This document shows positions 36,801 through 46,257 of a stretch of DNA of 64,000 nucleotides, one piece after another (the stretch's first letter is position 1; the number at the start of each line of letters is the position of its first letter). The stretch comes from Perna viridis (taxonomy: Eukaryota). A model generated the notes under the pieces. The model was not told where the DNA came from. It was given only the letters and a program-made list of their open reading frames with translations, and searched no databases. Where the stretch lies: positions 27,900,001 to 27,964,000 of the forward strand of contig CM074516.1 in assembly GCA_037379345.1 (NCBI GenBank). The letters are read 5' to 3'. A program made the position numbers and the translations under genes.

Positions 36801-37723
36801 TCATCCACCAAAAGCTAAGCAACAAACAATTAAAACTTCTACATATCACCACGCTGTCTTCAATGATGACCATAGAGCAAGCTATAAAAAAAAAACCAAT
36901 ATAAATGTACTGAGACTATTCATAAAAGACGAGAATTGACCTTATCAATAGAAAAAAAAACAATAGTGAATAACAATGAACATAAAAAACAACAGCTGGA
37001 CTACAGGTTCCTGGTATTAGACAGGTACATATTGTATAAGATCAATACTTATGACACAAGTTGATTAAAATATGGTTTTTTTATAACATGAACCTTGCAA
37101 AAAACAACTTTTGAGGTGATAGAACAATCACACTGATTGGTTCAGATTTGCATGCTTGTTCAGTCCAATTTGCCATATAAAAGTGATACTTGGCCAAATA
37201 ATTCTGTCCGTCTCTGCGAGACATTGAAAATCCCCGATAATTCTGTTGTAGGTATTTGGGTCTAAGTATCTTTCGGTTTTTTTAAGTTAAAAAAAGCAGC
37301 TAAAATGGGGTGGTTGTATCATGCTTTGATAGTGCAGCTGTTTTCACTCACATATTTTTATAGTGTATCATATATTAAAATATGTTTACATTTTTTGCAG
37401 CTAAAAGGATTCAGGATGAAATCATGACATTACTGGCAACCTGTATAACAATTCTGCTCATCATAGAGTTAGAATCACCAGACTGGATAACAGATTGTGT
37501 GCAGGAAGATTTTTGGAAAAATTCTTTAACCAAATGGTTGGCAGAGAGCATTGAGGGGGGTTCACAGGAAGTAGACGAAGACCATTTTCCTCCACACGAA
37601 CGTATGATAAAAACTGTCAAATATTACCACAAAAAGGAAATAGATTGTAGATGGGCTTCTACTACCCTAGAACTAGGAAATTCATGGGGAGAAGTGGCTG
37701 CTAAAATGTTAGGTGTGGCTTAA
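760..37723 (+). CDS. PARP4: PARP4 / vault PARP-like gene, 3' portion (VWA domain to C-terminus), about 23 coding exons in window; 5' exons (BRCT, PARP catalytic, VIT) lie upstream of the window
   Basis: The spliced translation matches recalled PARP4 motifs: [11 protein letters not shown]...RIFTFGV (VWA), [52 protein letters not shown]...[21 protein letters not shown]-stop. All junctions used are GT-AG with compatible phases. Confidence 0.9.
1452..1639 (+). CDS. PARP4: PARP4 exon, VWA ([15 protein letters not shown]...[12 protein letters not shown]...RIFTFGV)
   Basis: Within ORF 1302..1721; ttccAG acceptor, GTataag donor; VWA motifs. Confidence 0.92.
1893..2868. mobile_element. Tc1/mariner-pogo-type MITE
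   Basis: TA|CAGTCGACTCCACTTAA ... TTAAGTGGAATCCACTA|TA imperfect TIRs. Confidence 0.7.
3229..3328 (+). CDS. PARP4: PARP4 exon ([33 protein letters not shown])
   Basis: tttccAG / aag|GTaata, phase 2-0 fits neighbours. Confidence 0.9.
4198..4362 (+). CDS. PARP4: PARP4 exon ([22 protein letters not shown]...[20 protein letters not shown])
   Basis: ORF 4198..4389; tttacAG / GTaggt; VWA5A/PARP4-type post-VWA motif. Confidence 0.92.
4777..5425. mobile_element. Tc1/mariner-pogo-type MITE
   Basis: TA|CAGTTGAACC ... GGTTCCACTG|TA termini. Confidence 0.6.
6339..6419 (+). CDS. PARP4: PARP4 exon ([27 protein letters not shown])
   Basis: tttgctAG / aag|GTatac, 81 nt. Confidence 0.88.
6705..7480 (-). 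mobile_element. Penelope-like retroelement, 3' fragment (RT C-terminus + 3' UTR)
   Basis: ORFs 7116..7403 and 6973..7161: [11 protein letters not shown]...YLDL...[12 protein letters not shown]...[11 protein letters not shown]...[11 protein letters not shown]. Confidence 0.85.
7728..7808 (+). CDS. PARP4: PARP4 exon ([27 protein letters not shown])
   Basis: cttacAG / cag|GTatat, 81 nt; [11 protein letters not shown] motif. Confidence 0.9.
8385..8486 (+). CDS. PARP4: PARP4 exon ([34 protein letters not shown])
   Basis: ttgttAG / aag|GTacaa, 102 nt; hallmark TSFIAVEKR. Confidence 0.92.
8818..8908 (+). CDS. PARP4: PARP4 exon ([30 protein letters not shown])
   Basis: tttcAG / g|GTacaa, phase 0-1; EDVDxLPYxSWQ motif typical of PARP4. 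Confidence 0.9.
9510..9655. repeat. Short palindromic MITE-like element; second copy at ~58070-58185
   Basis: AAAATATGATCAC ... GTGATCATATTTT inverted ends in both copies. Confidence 0.6.
10023..10208 (+). CDS. PARP4: PARP4 acidic linker exon ([18 protein letters not shown]...[10 protein letters not shown]), ends in a calmodulin-like N-terminal segment
   Basis: ttatAG / g|GTaaga, 186 nt, phase 1-1; ORF 9986..10231. Confidence 0.82.
10661..10801 (+). CDS. Calmodulin-like exon, EF1 and EF2 entry ([47 protein letters not shown]), in frame within PARP4
   Basis: ttttcttAG / g|GTagtc, 141 nt, phase 1-1; aligns to calmodulin EFKEAFSLFDKDGDGTIT...[24 protein letters not shown]. Confidence 0.88.
11817..12122 (+). 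CDS. Calmodulin-like exon, EF2-EF4 ([56 protein letters not shown]...[13 protein letters not shown]...GHGSH)
   Basis: ggcAG acceptor; ORF 11852..12262; best donor g|GTtcgt at 12123 gives 306 nt, phase 1-1 (donor less certain). Confidence 0.85.
13387..13479 (+). CDS. PARP4 exon, P-stalk-tail-like repeat 1 ([30 protein letters not shown])
   Basis: ttgtAG / a|GTaagt, 93 nt, phase 1-1; within ORF 13323..13514. Confidence 0.8.
13892..13981 (+). pseudogene. Duplicated P-stalk-tail-like exon 2 ([29 protein letters not shown]), apparently lacking an in-phase AG acceptor
   Basis: Paralogous to 13387-13479, including downstream intron; strong donor GTaagt, but the homologous acceptor reads acattgtTG instead of acattgtAG. 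Confidence 0.6.
14705..14800 (+). CDS. PARP4 exon, P-stalk-tail-like repeat 3 ([31 protein letters not shown])
   Basis: cttacAG / g|GTaatt, 96 nt, phase 1-1; near-perfect match to the ribosomal P0/P1/P2 C-terminal motif. Confidence 0.82.
16503..16690. repeat. 39-bp tandem repeat, about 5 copies
   Basis: TGTGTCAAAAACTTACACTGTGTAATTAACTGATTACTC. Confidence 0.9.
16963..17067 (+). CDS. PARP4: PARP4 exon ([35 protein letters not shown]), possibly a diverged fourth acidic repeat
   Basis: tttttgtAG / g|GTaaga, 105 nt, phase 1-1. Confidence 0.75.
18575..19900. repeat. Intronic ~28-bp satellite (CTATACTATAGCCCTTGGGTTGAAATAA) with a ~550-bp higher-order duplication
   Basis: Direct reading; variant units recur 552 bp apart (18761/19313, 18841/19393). 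Confidence 0.95.
23454..25531 (-). mobile_element. pogo/Tigger-like DNA transposon, degenerate and internally deleted, in a PARP4 intron
   Basis: TA|CTGTAAACCAA ... TTGGTTTACAG|TA; minus-strand ORF fragments 24967..25194, 24631..24879, 23802..24083 (RKRGEY...RAKIA, GRPLLL, QPL...[17 protein letters not shown]). Confidence 0.85.
25695..26559 (+). CDS. PARP4: PARP4 large Pro/Ser-rich disordered exon
   Basis: ORF 25721..26626 extended to cacAG acceptor; donor ga|GTatgt; phase 1-2. Confidence 0.85.
26993..27101 (+). CDS. PARP4: PARP4 exon ([36 protein letters not shown])
   Basis: ttttAG / gag|GTattg, phase 2-0. Confidence 0.78.
28533..28655 (+). CDS. PARP4: PARP4 exon ([41 protein letters not shown])
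   Basis: cttccAG / GTgagt, 123 nt. Confidence 0.75.
28845..29110 (+). mobile_element. Penelope-like 3' fragment (another piece at ~29628-29815)
   Basis: Same sequence family as 6705-7480. Confidence 0.7.
29532..29567 (+). CDS. PARP4: PARP4 basic micro-exon ([12 protein letters not shown]), NLS-like
   Basis: long pyrimidine tract + tcAG / GTaagt, 36 nt, phase 0-0. Confidence 0.7.
30406..30447 (+). CDS. PARP4: PARP4 micro-exon ([14 protein letters not shown])
   Basis: cttgtAG / GTaaga, 42 nt, phase 0-0. Confidence 0.55.
31690..31765 (+). CDS. PARP4: PARP4 exon ([25 protein letters not shown])
   Basis: tccAG / g|GTatat, phase 0-1, supplies the phase needed by the next exon. Confidence 0.65.
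34627..34751 (+). CDS. PARP4: PARP4 exon (DQPAMTYNL...[11 protein letters not shown])
   Basis: taccAG / gag|GTgagt, phase 1-0; start of the C-terminal domain. Confidence 0.85.
34934..35440 (-). mobile_element. SINE-like element with (CAAT)n tail
   Basis: Reverse-complement homology to 40086-40450; GATT microsatellite at its 3' end; GCACGTTAAAGAACCC core. Confidence 0.75.
36132..36231 (+). CDS. PARP4: PARP4 exon ([33 protein letters not shown])
   Basis: ttatAG / g|GTaagt; LQxEDGxW motif spans the junction. Confidence 0.88.
37401..37723 (+). CDS. PARP4: PARP4 terminal coding exon (MVP-interacting region, ...[18 protein letters not shown])
   Basis: ttttgcAG acceptor, phase 1; ORF 37382..37723; TAA stop. 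Confidence 0.9.
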
Positions 37724-37850
37724 TTACCTTTCTTATGTTTGTAAATTCAGACCAGCTTTAAAATAACAAAGTGGATTGGAGCAATAGAGAATCTTTGAGA
37801 TTATAGATTGGAGTAATGTGGTAGGACATTCAAGTTTGTGAGGACTTGAA

Positions 37851-37856
37851 AATAAA
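37851..37856 (+). promoter_or_regulatory. Candidate polyadenylation signal AATAAA of PARP4
   Basis: First AATAAA, about 130 nt after the stop codon. Confidence 0.4.
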
Positions 37857-38657
37857 CCTTGATAAAAAAAAAAGAAATATTTGTTCAAATATATTTTTCA
37901 TGGAAGGAAACATGACTGTATTTTCAGCTACTGTTGAAAACACTAATCAAAGTCATTTCTGTATTGGATTGTGATATATGTAAAAGTTGTTTAACTTTCC
38001 TAATGCAAACTATATCAGTCCAATTTTTGATAAAGTTTGTTTTATTTAAATTGTTTATTTATATATTTATTGCACATACTTGATGAATCAGGGATATTTA
38101 GTGACTGTTCTGTCTGATGGTTTGCCTGTCACATTATGCTACTGGGTGATTTTACAAAGAGCCAATTGAGCAAATCTTTTGAAACTTTACATATTAATGT
38201 AAAACATAGGTTAATTCATAATGTAAAGTGTTATATTACAAATATTCTTTCTGAGTTATGGCTCTTTTCATCGAAACTTTGGTTACAGGGTATCTGTGAT
38301 CACTTAATAGATTTAGTTTAGTTTATTTTACTCCAAACTCTTTGTTGTCTGTCTGCACTTCCTGTAAACAGATTGGTATTCATCTCTTATCAGCTATTCT
38401 TCCCACACCAAAGATGGAATTTGATGAAGCTTTCAAGAATTATTTATTCATCATTAAAGATGTGCACCTTTTATTTTAGAACTTTTTTTTTTATATTTAA
38501 TGCCCTTTGTCAAAATGTGAAAATTATCAAAAGTTTTTTTCTAGTTTTGATGTTTATGTTCTGTGATAAATGAAAAATTGTGATATTTTTTCTTCTTTTT
38601 GTATGATTTATATTTTCATTATTGTGAACATTTCCGTTGGTTTACATATGTATCATA

Positions 38658-39122
38658 CACTCCTTGTGGCACTCACCAAAGACAATAAACGCAAACTTCT
38701 ATTGTGCATTTCAATGAAAGCTCCCATCATGTGTTTGAACGCACTATAAATGAACCCTCTAAGTGTGCGTTTAAAATGCACAATAAACAAATGCTCATAA
38801 CATGTTTTAAATGCACAATAGATGAATGAAGAAAAATAATATGAACAAATAATGAGAAAAAAAAAGGAGAAAAGAAATAATGAAAATACAAAAAAATAAT
38901 AATAGGAAAATATAAGAAAATAACAGTTGAATAAAGGAAAGTTTTAACAATGAATGTACAAAAATAAACGAAATATTCTATTGTGTGTTTTAACGAACAC
39001 TCTTTGTGTGTATTTAAACGAAAGCTTGTATCATGTTTTTAAACAAATGCAAAACCATGTGTAAACACACGATAAATGATGCCCACACGCTTAAATGGGA
39101 TATGTGAACGTTTCAAGGAGTG
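38658..39122. mobile_element. TA-flanked MITE with internal AAACGCACAATAAAC-type repeats; related element at ~46905-47200
   Basis: TA|CACTCCTTG ... CAAGGAGTG|TA. Confidence 0.65.
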
Positions 39123-40085
39123 TATAAGTACTGTGCACAATATTGCTTTAGACATTGAGTAATTTTACAAGTTGTTGTTAAGTTGGATTCAGGGTCATGT
39201 GTGCAGTGCTTTTTCAAGGTTATATTACTTAATGTAGAAATTGTGTTTTTTTATTTATAAATATGATTTTGGTATGAATTTATATTTATACAATTTTGAA
39301 TATGTTTTGTAGAACTCCCAATGGCTGTGTATTTAGTGCTATTTATACATGTCATTTTCAACGTGAAGATGTTAAAATAATTTTGGTATATATTCAGTGT
39401 ATTCACTTAATGTTAATACTACCTGAACATTTTTGAAATAAATCATTAATCCACCTAAATAATGATTTGTTTAGTTACCAATCGATTTTGCCTTGAAATG
39501 AAATGCAATTTTTTGTGTCTTACAAAAGAACTATGTCAATTTTATCTGTTTTTAACATCTATGGTTTTCTTTTCAATTATGACTGATTGGTTGATATGGT
39601 TTAACATCCTATGACAGATATTTCATGCATTTTAGGGGGATAAATATTTACTAGCCATGCAGACCCTGCTTTGTTCTGGCCCAACATGCTGATCCAAATT
39701 TTTGTTGTTAGGGGCAACAGCCCACAGGTAGGTGTGCCACCCAACTCAGACACATTATTCTGACTCCTAACCAACTATTTGTCACTCTATCCCCTTAAAT
39801 GCTGCATGCTTGGAAAAGAAGCAATGAAAATCAATTGAAAAGTATAACATGGCGAATGATTGAACCCACGACCAACACTCAAGCTGAGCAGGCTACTTTG
39901 AAACCACCAAGGCAGATATGATGTGGTAATATCGCTACCTAACAGTATAAATGTTACACATATTGTCCATCTATGATATTGCTGGTTGTATTGTCGACAT
40001 TACCGTGTGTTGGATGGTTATGCCTTAATTGTTAACCGTAAAAATACAATTACATGGTAAGTGCTTTATGTTGTCAATTATTATA

Positions 40086-40450
40086 GCCCCGTGCGGGTCC
40101 GGGTGTTAAAAGAATAGGCCTGCAGCAGCACTAAGCTTGTCGTAAAAGGCGACTAAATAGTGCTCAGAACCCTAGCCGGGGGCTAGGACGCTCTGCCCAC
40201 AGAGCAACTGGGATGTGTGCCCCAGGTGGTGGAATGGGGTACCCCTGGCGTGTTGCATGCTGGGGTTGTCAGGCTATAATACGGAAAACCTGACCGCAAA
40301 CCATAGTGGTGCATCGTTTTGGGAAAGATGCCACGTTCCTCGCACGTTAAAGAACCCTACTGTGGTATTCTCCCGGAGTAGAAACCATAGGGCTCCGCCA
40401 CAGGAGGCTAAATTGCCCGACCCTACCCACCTCTCCCTCTCACCTATTAT
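40086..40450 (+). mobile_element. SINE-like element, same family as 34934-35440, with a structured 5' head
   Basis: High identity to the reverse complement of 35098-35440; head contains CTTGTCGTAAAAGGCGACTAA. Confidence 0.75.
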
Positions 40451-41542
40451 CATCTTCTTTTACCCGAGTTAAATGTCACACTTTACGACCTTAGACTTTA
40501 AAAAACTCATTTTCTTGACATATTAAAGAAACGTCAAAACGGTAAAAGAAAAATAACAATTAGTCAATATAGTCAAGTTGACGGATGAAACATTGTTATG
40601 TTTAAAATTTCTAACGTTGAATAATTTGGTTTCAATTTATTTTTATAATTAGTGAAAAACCTTAGGTATCATTTCTTTTTTTTTTTTTTTGGCTAGTTTA
40701 TATTTAGAAATGTGCTAGTTTCAGGTTTGGACATATACACCAGTCCTAATGACACACTACATTATATCGTTTTAGTATTTCACACATGTATTTCAATATT
40801 AACAAACTTGATTGCATGAATGTTTTGTCTCATGAATTGCTTAATTGTGTCTTGACAGGGTATTTTTTATTGATGGAAAGTATAAATATTATTGCTTATA
40901 ACAGTAATGACGATCTTTGTACCAATAAGCTTTTTCTTGTTTTACTCTCATTTCACCAGCATGCATTTAATTTATGTATACTTTAACATGGATCATGTAA
41001 ACAAACTTAATGATTAGAATAAAAATCAAAGTTTGTTAGAAAAAAACTTGTTGTAATATTTATGTATTTGTCTCTAACCACTCTACATTGATCTCGTCTC
41101 GCTCATATTGTAAAACATGGACGTTTAACTGTTCAGTGTCGGACATCAAAAGAATGTAATTCAGGGACAAAGACCAGACATGGAAAACAGACACAGAATA
41201 TATTACAGACAAAGTAACAAAATTAAATAAACAACTCGGTCTCCACTAAAAAACTGGCATCAACATTTTGAAAGTGTTCAGTCTAATTAGAGTTATTGTC
41301 AAATTTTAAAGGTTATTATAGCTGATTGTTTACCTGTAAATAGCACCAATAATAAACTGAACACCCAAACTCCTCTTTGAATTAGTGATATTTTAGCTAG
41401 TCAAATATGTAAATAGACTAGGCACTGTATCAGAAATACCTACTATTAAGAAAGGGATCAATAACAATATAAACTAAGGCATCACGATAACATTTATGTG
41501 AATCGAAAATGGCAAACAATCCTCTTTTTTTCGACAAGGTAG

Positions 41543-42601
41543 TACTTACTTACTTACTGCCCTTTACGCCACTGGCATGTAGGGCAGCAACGAAGTTCCT
41601 CCACTCTTGTATATCATTGGCAAGTTTCTGTAATGTGCCCCAAGTCTTCTTATGCTCTTTGACTTCTGCTTCAATGGTGATCTTTGGGCGTCCTCTCCTG
41701 CGTTTTCCCTCAGGTGTCCAGAATAGGGCTGTTTTTTGTGTTGTCTTTTGGGTCTTTTCGCAGGACATGTCCTAACCACTTCCATCTTCGTTTCATAATG
41801 ATGGTGGCCATGTCTTCTTGTTGGCATCTATTAAGGAGGTCCTGATTACTGATCTTAAGAGGCCAACATATTTTTAGGATCCTCCTCAGACTCCTGGTGT
41901 GAAAGGTTGAGAGTTTGTGTTGGTCTAACTCTGTTATCCTCCAGCACTCTGACCCATAAAGCAGGATAGGAAAGACGCAACTGTTATACAATTTTAGTTT
42001 GGTGCGGATAGTGTATTGTCCTGATCTCCAGACAGGTTACAAGCTATTAAATGCTCCTCTTGCTTTTGAGAGTCTAAGGTGGATGTCGCTCTCCGCACCT
42101 CCATCAGTTGTAACTATACTACCGAGGTATGTGAATTTGTTGGTAAAAGGTAGACATTGTTCATGCAGTTTGATAGGTGTTGGTGTGTTTACATTCAACA
42201 TCATAACCTCGGTTTTCTTTTTGTTGATGTTTAGCCCAATTTGTCCTGCAAAATTCTGAAGTTTCTTGGTCTTTTCTTGTATGTGTTGGTGGGTGTGAGA
42301 AATCAAAGCTATGTCATCGGCAAAGTCTAGATCTTCCAAGATGGAGAAGGCATTCCATCTGATGCCTCTTGGTGTATCTTTCGTTGTTTGTCGCATCACC
42401 CAATCAATGGCTATGATGAAAAGTATAGATGACATAACACAGCCTTGACGGACTCCAGTTTTTACATTGAAATACGTGTCGCTGTTGTTTCCGACTCTGC
42501 ATCTGAAGTTCGTGTAGAAACTTTTGATGACGTCCATAAGTTGTTGTGGTATTCTGTATGATCTAATTATTTTCCATAAACTTTCTCTATGTATGCTATC
42601 A
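41543..42601 (-). mobile_element. 5'-truncated RTE-clade LINE (RT C-terminal part), frameshifted
   Basis: ORF 42037..42615 (FDSIHRESLW, GVRQGCVMS, DLDFADDIAL, FTYLGS), continued in 41710..41991 and 41550..41768; (TAAG)n tail; AAGGTAG direct repeats at 41536-41542 and 42602-42608. Confidence 0.92.
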
Positions 42602-43426
42602 AAGGTAGGATACAAGTATAATATATAAAAGTTTTTTGGTTTTTTTTTCAGTTTGATGTTTGTCTCTAATTTAAGTCATATGGGATTATAACTATTTCTA
42701 TCATTCACTGAAAAAAATCATGTATCATATTTCTTTAAAATAAAACTAAAAAAGATAAAACGAAAATTATCTAAGCCCACGAAAATATAACTGCCCCCCT
42801 AAGAAACCATATTGTCACGATATAAACAAACTCGTCGAACGGGAATTTAGCTTCAATCCTCATTCGAAACCCAAAAATTTATGCCTCTATATCTAGCCTT
42901 TATAAAAATATCAGGTATCCGTAATAATTTTAGAAAAATACACTTACAACGAAAAGTTCTGAAAGGACGAACGGATACTGTTAATACCATACATATCCCG
43001 CAAAGTGGGACATAAATAGATAGTTTCCATTTTCACAGAACATATTTCTATCGAGCAGCATATCATTAGATATTAAATAGGCCTTCAAATAGTCTTTGTA
43101 TTGTAATGTTATATGTTCCCGACAACAAAGTCTGATTTTGACATTATTTTCTATGTTTTATTTTTTTAAATTTTTTATTGTTGCCTTTTTTGATATGAAA
43201 CAAATGAAAGGAAGTACCTAAAATTAAACTCATGTAGAATTGTATAAAAATGTGCAAAACAATTCTCGCGCATAAAGTACATATATCTGTACCTGCAAAT
43301 TCGTCTTCACACTTACGCTTTTATACAAGCAGATCTGAATAAACCATGAATATTCAAGTACAAAATATAATTCCCAGGAAGTGAGTATTTCCATTCACCA
43401 TCTAAAGTGTATTTTATATGAGCAAC

Positions 43427-43670
43427 TTTTTATGAGCAACTCGGCGGGTGTTTCTAGAAAAGCAGAGGACGTTTACCTTACCGGTGCACGTAGTCCATGC
43501 TCCCAGTTTTTAGTAGAGTGCGAGTTGCTCATTTACTTATGTTACTTTGTATGTATGATTTTAGTTACTTTATGTTCTTTGTTGTGTGTGTCTGTTTTCC
43601 ATGTCTGGTCTTTGTCCTTGGAGTACATTCTTTTGATTACCGCTATAACCTTGGTTCCCTTGATTACTCT
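43427..43670 (+). mobile_element. Penelope-like 3' UTR fragment (other pieces at ~41150-41258, ~44100-44385, ~51370-51490)
   Basis: Same family as 6705-6935. Confidence 0.75.
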
Positions 43671-44676
43671 TCCAATTTACAAACAAGCTAATTGATATTT
43701 AACAGGAATTACCATGTGCTTTGACCGCACTGAAAATAATTGCTTTATTTATGACAATAGAGTATAGCACTATCATTAGTCATGCCTTTGATAGCTCTGG
43801 ATGGTGGAAAATGAAGATGTTATTCAATGTCGTCTGCACAGTTTTGAAGTGTATATGTTTTACTGTATGCAGTGTAGCGTCTGCACTTGTTTATAGTGTC
43901 TTGAGACGTTTCACACAGACCATATATTCTGCTTGATAAAAAACTGCAGCGGACAAGATTCGACGTGAACATAAACTATTCTTACAAGACAACGTGACTG
44001 AAAGTACAGACGTTTGCATTTTAGAGAATTAATTGCAGCAACTTGATGAAAACATGAATTTTGAGCGACTTGGACTAAGGACACAGATAGAAAAACAAGT
44101 CATCATGAACTTGTGGATCGTTACGGTGTATCCACCTGCACAATGGGAACCAATTTATTCAACGCGGTATAGTTTTCTATTCCTCTTTCGTTTCCCAAGG
44201 AATTTACTTTTTATGAGCATCTTGGTCGGTGTCTCTATAAGAGCAGTGGCGGACGCTTATCCTACCGGTGATTCTGGTCAATGCTCATAGTTTTTTAGTA
44301 GAGGGTGGTGTCCGAGTTGTTTATTTGCTTTTGTTGCCTTGTACGTGTTATTTTAATTATTTCATGTTCTTTGTTGTGTATGTGTGCAATACTAAATACT
44401 AAATTTCTAAGCTGTTTAATGCGACAACACTTTCCAACACTTTTTTAAATATAACAAATAGTTACTGTAACTGTTTCAATTTAACTCATTACTTGGTCAT
44501 TTGAAATATGATGCTACCAGTAAATGACATAAAGGGTATCATTTAATATGTGTTATTAAAGATTTACACTATTGGTATTGATTTACGCAGAAAATGTTAC
44601 ATCGACATGATGCACTAAAAATAAACATGCACACTATTGACATTATTATATCATCCGTGTGATAAGTATATAATAC

Positions 44677-46257
44677 ATGTTCAAAATGGCGGACAGCAAA
44701 AGTAAACCATTACATTGTCGAATTCACGATCAGGAAAGTTACAAGTATTATTGTAAACAGTGTAAAGAGTGCATTTGTCTTCAGTGTATTGAGGAATTAC
44801 ATGAGGACCATACATTTTGTAGACTGAAAAGTGTCGAATATGACATTCGAAAAGAACTAGAAAACTTAGTTCAAGTTTCTGAAGAAGAAGAAAATGAAAA
44901 TACCAGCTGTGTACAGCATTTGATAGAGGAAAAGTTAATTAACCTTGGCATGTACAAATTGGAGCTTACCAAACAAATAGAGGACGCCGCGGACAAAATA
45001 ACATTGACGGTTAACGAATCAAAACAGAAATCACTATCGGTATTAGATGATATATTTGTTGAAATAACATCTACAATCAATGCTCACAAACTAAAATATG
45101 AGACATTTTGTACAAACATGACTGAAAAAGATATAACAAACATGGATCTTAACGACGTCATCGAAAATCTAATGGAAATGAAATCAATGATGTTCAAACT
45201 AAAGGATTTCCTTGCAAGAAATAAAAAACCGATATTCACCGCCAACAAACCAAATTTTTCAATCGGACAATTTGAGTGCAGGATGTCACCCACTGACCAA
45301 TTGTTGATGAAAAACGAAAATGAAGCTTCTAATCTTAAGGAAATAAGGCAAACTCCTCGGCTTGATGATAATTCATCGGATATATTACAAGAAGCGTACC
45401 CAAGGATAATTTCAAGTGATACTTTAAGAAACGTTGACAAAATTGTTCCGATTTCCCAAAATGATGCTTGGATTTTAACAGGAAAACTTCTGAGAAAAAT
45501 AACTTCGAACAATGTAGAAAATGCTGTTTACTGTTATTCAGTCGATGATTTCGCGCTTTTATCCGACGGAAGTGTATTAGTAACTGAAATCCGGTCAAGT
45601 GTAATTAGAAGACGATTAAATGATGGGAGAATTGTCATATTTGTCGATGTTGGAAGTCATAGTGCAAACTTCCCTTCTTGCATCTCTGTAGCCAATAAAT
45701 CTGTTATTGTAGGTGTATGCATAATTTTCAAGAGGGATCTCTCTGACGAATGCAAAGTTGTAAGATTCGACACTTATAGCATAGAAGGCATACGAATCTC
45801 AAGTACTAATATGACGGAACCTGCGCATTTAATTATTGGACGTCCGTATAGAAATATATTCAGTCATAAAGTGGCGTCAGATACCATGCATTACCTTATA
45901 TGTGATAAATACAGCTATGGTGAAAACCATGCAGTTGTACTGCTCAATGAAACAAATCCAAAAAAAGAAATCTCTAATTATTTCCAGGGTGTTTTCGGAG
46001 CAAATCCTTCTAAGACTTTTAAATGTGCAGGAGCTTGCGTTGATGCTGAGAATAATATTTTGGTGTCGGACTGGTACTATAAATGTGTTTACGCCCTGAA
46101 TAAGGATTTAAAGTTTAAATCAGTCGTTATCAAAAATGTTGACTTCGACTTGAAATGTCCTGGTGCCGTCGCAGTCTCCGATGGTGTGATGTGGGTATCA
46201 GATGAGAAAAAAATGTATAGGTTCAAATATGACAGCAAAAGCAATAAACTAATATGA
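44677..46257 (+). CDS. Single-exon B-box2 / coiled-coil / NHL-like beta-propeller protein (RING-less TRIM-like), 526 aa
   Basis: CRIH-x8-CKQC-x4-CLQC-x4-HEDH B-box; helical region; C-terminal GACVDAENNILVSDW...PGAVAVSDGVMWVSD NHL-like blades. Confidence 0.9.
   Translation: MFKMADSKSKPLHCRIHDQESYKYYCKQCKECICLQCIEELHEDHTFCRLKSVEYDIRKELENLVQVSEEEENENTSCVQHLIEEKLINLGMYKLELTKQIEDAADKITLTVNESKQKSLSVLDDIFVEITSTINAHKLKYETFCTNMTEKDITNMDLNDVIENLMEMKSMMFKLKDFLARNKKPIFTANKPNFSIGQFECRMSPTDQLLMKNENEASNLKEIRQTPRLDDNSSDILQEAYPRIISSDTLRNVDKIVPISQNDAWILTGKLLRKITSNNVENAVYCYSVDDFALLSDGSVLVTEIRSSVIRRRLNDGRIVIFVDVGSHSANFPSCISVANKSVIVGVCIIFKRDLSDECKVVRFDTYSIEGIRISSTNMTEPAHLIIGRPYRNIFSHKVASDTMHYLICDKYSYGENHAVVLLNETNPKKEISNYFQGVFGANPSKTFKCAGACVDAENNILVSDWYYKCVYALNKDLKFKSVVIKNVDFDLKCPGAVAVSDGVMWVSDEKKMYRFKYDSKSNKLI

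Noticed and set aside
36467-36904. 145-aa ORF
   Set aside because: Intronic, low-complexity and hydrophobic from AT bias, overlaps repeat sequence, and has no recognisable domain.
44684-44693. YY1-like AANATGGCGG motif at TRIM-like start codons
   Set aside because: Explained by shared ancestry of the MA(D/E) start and Kozak context; no independent evidence of a regulatory site.
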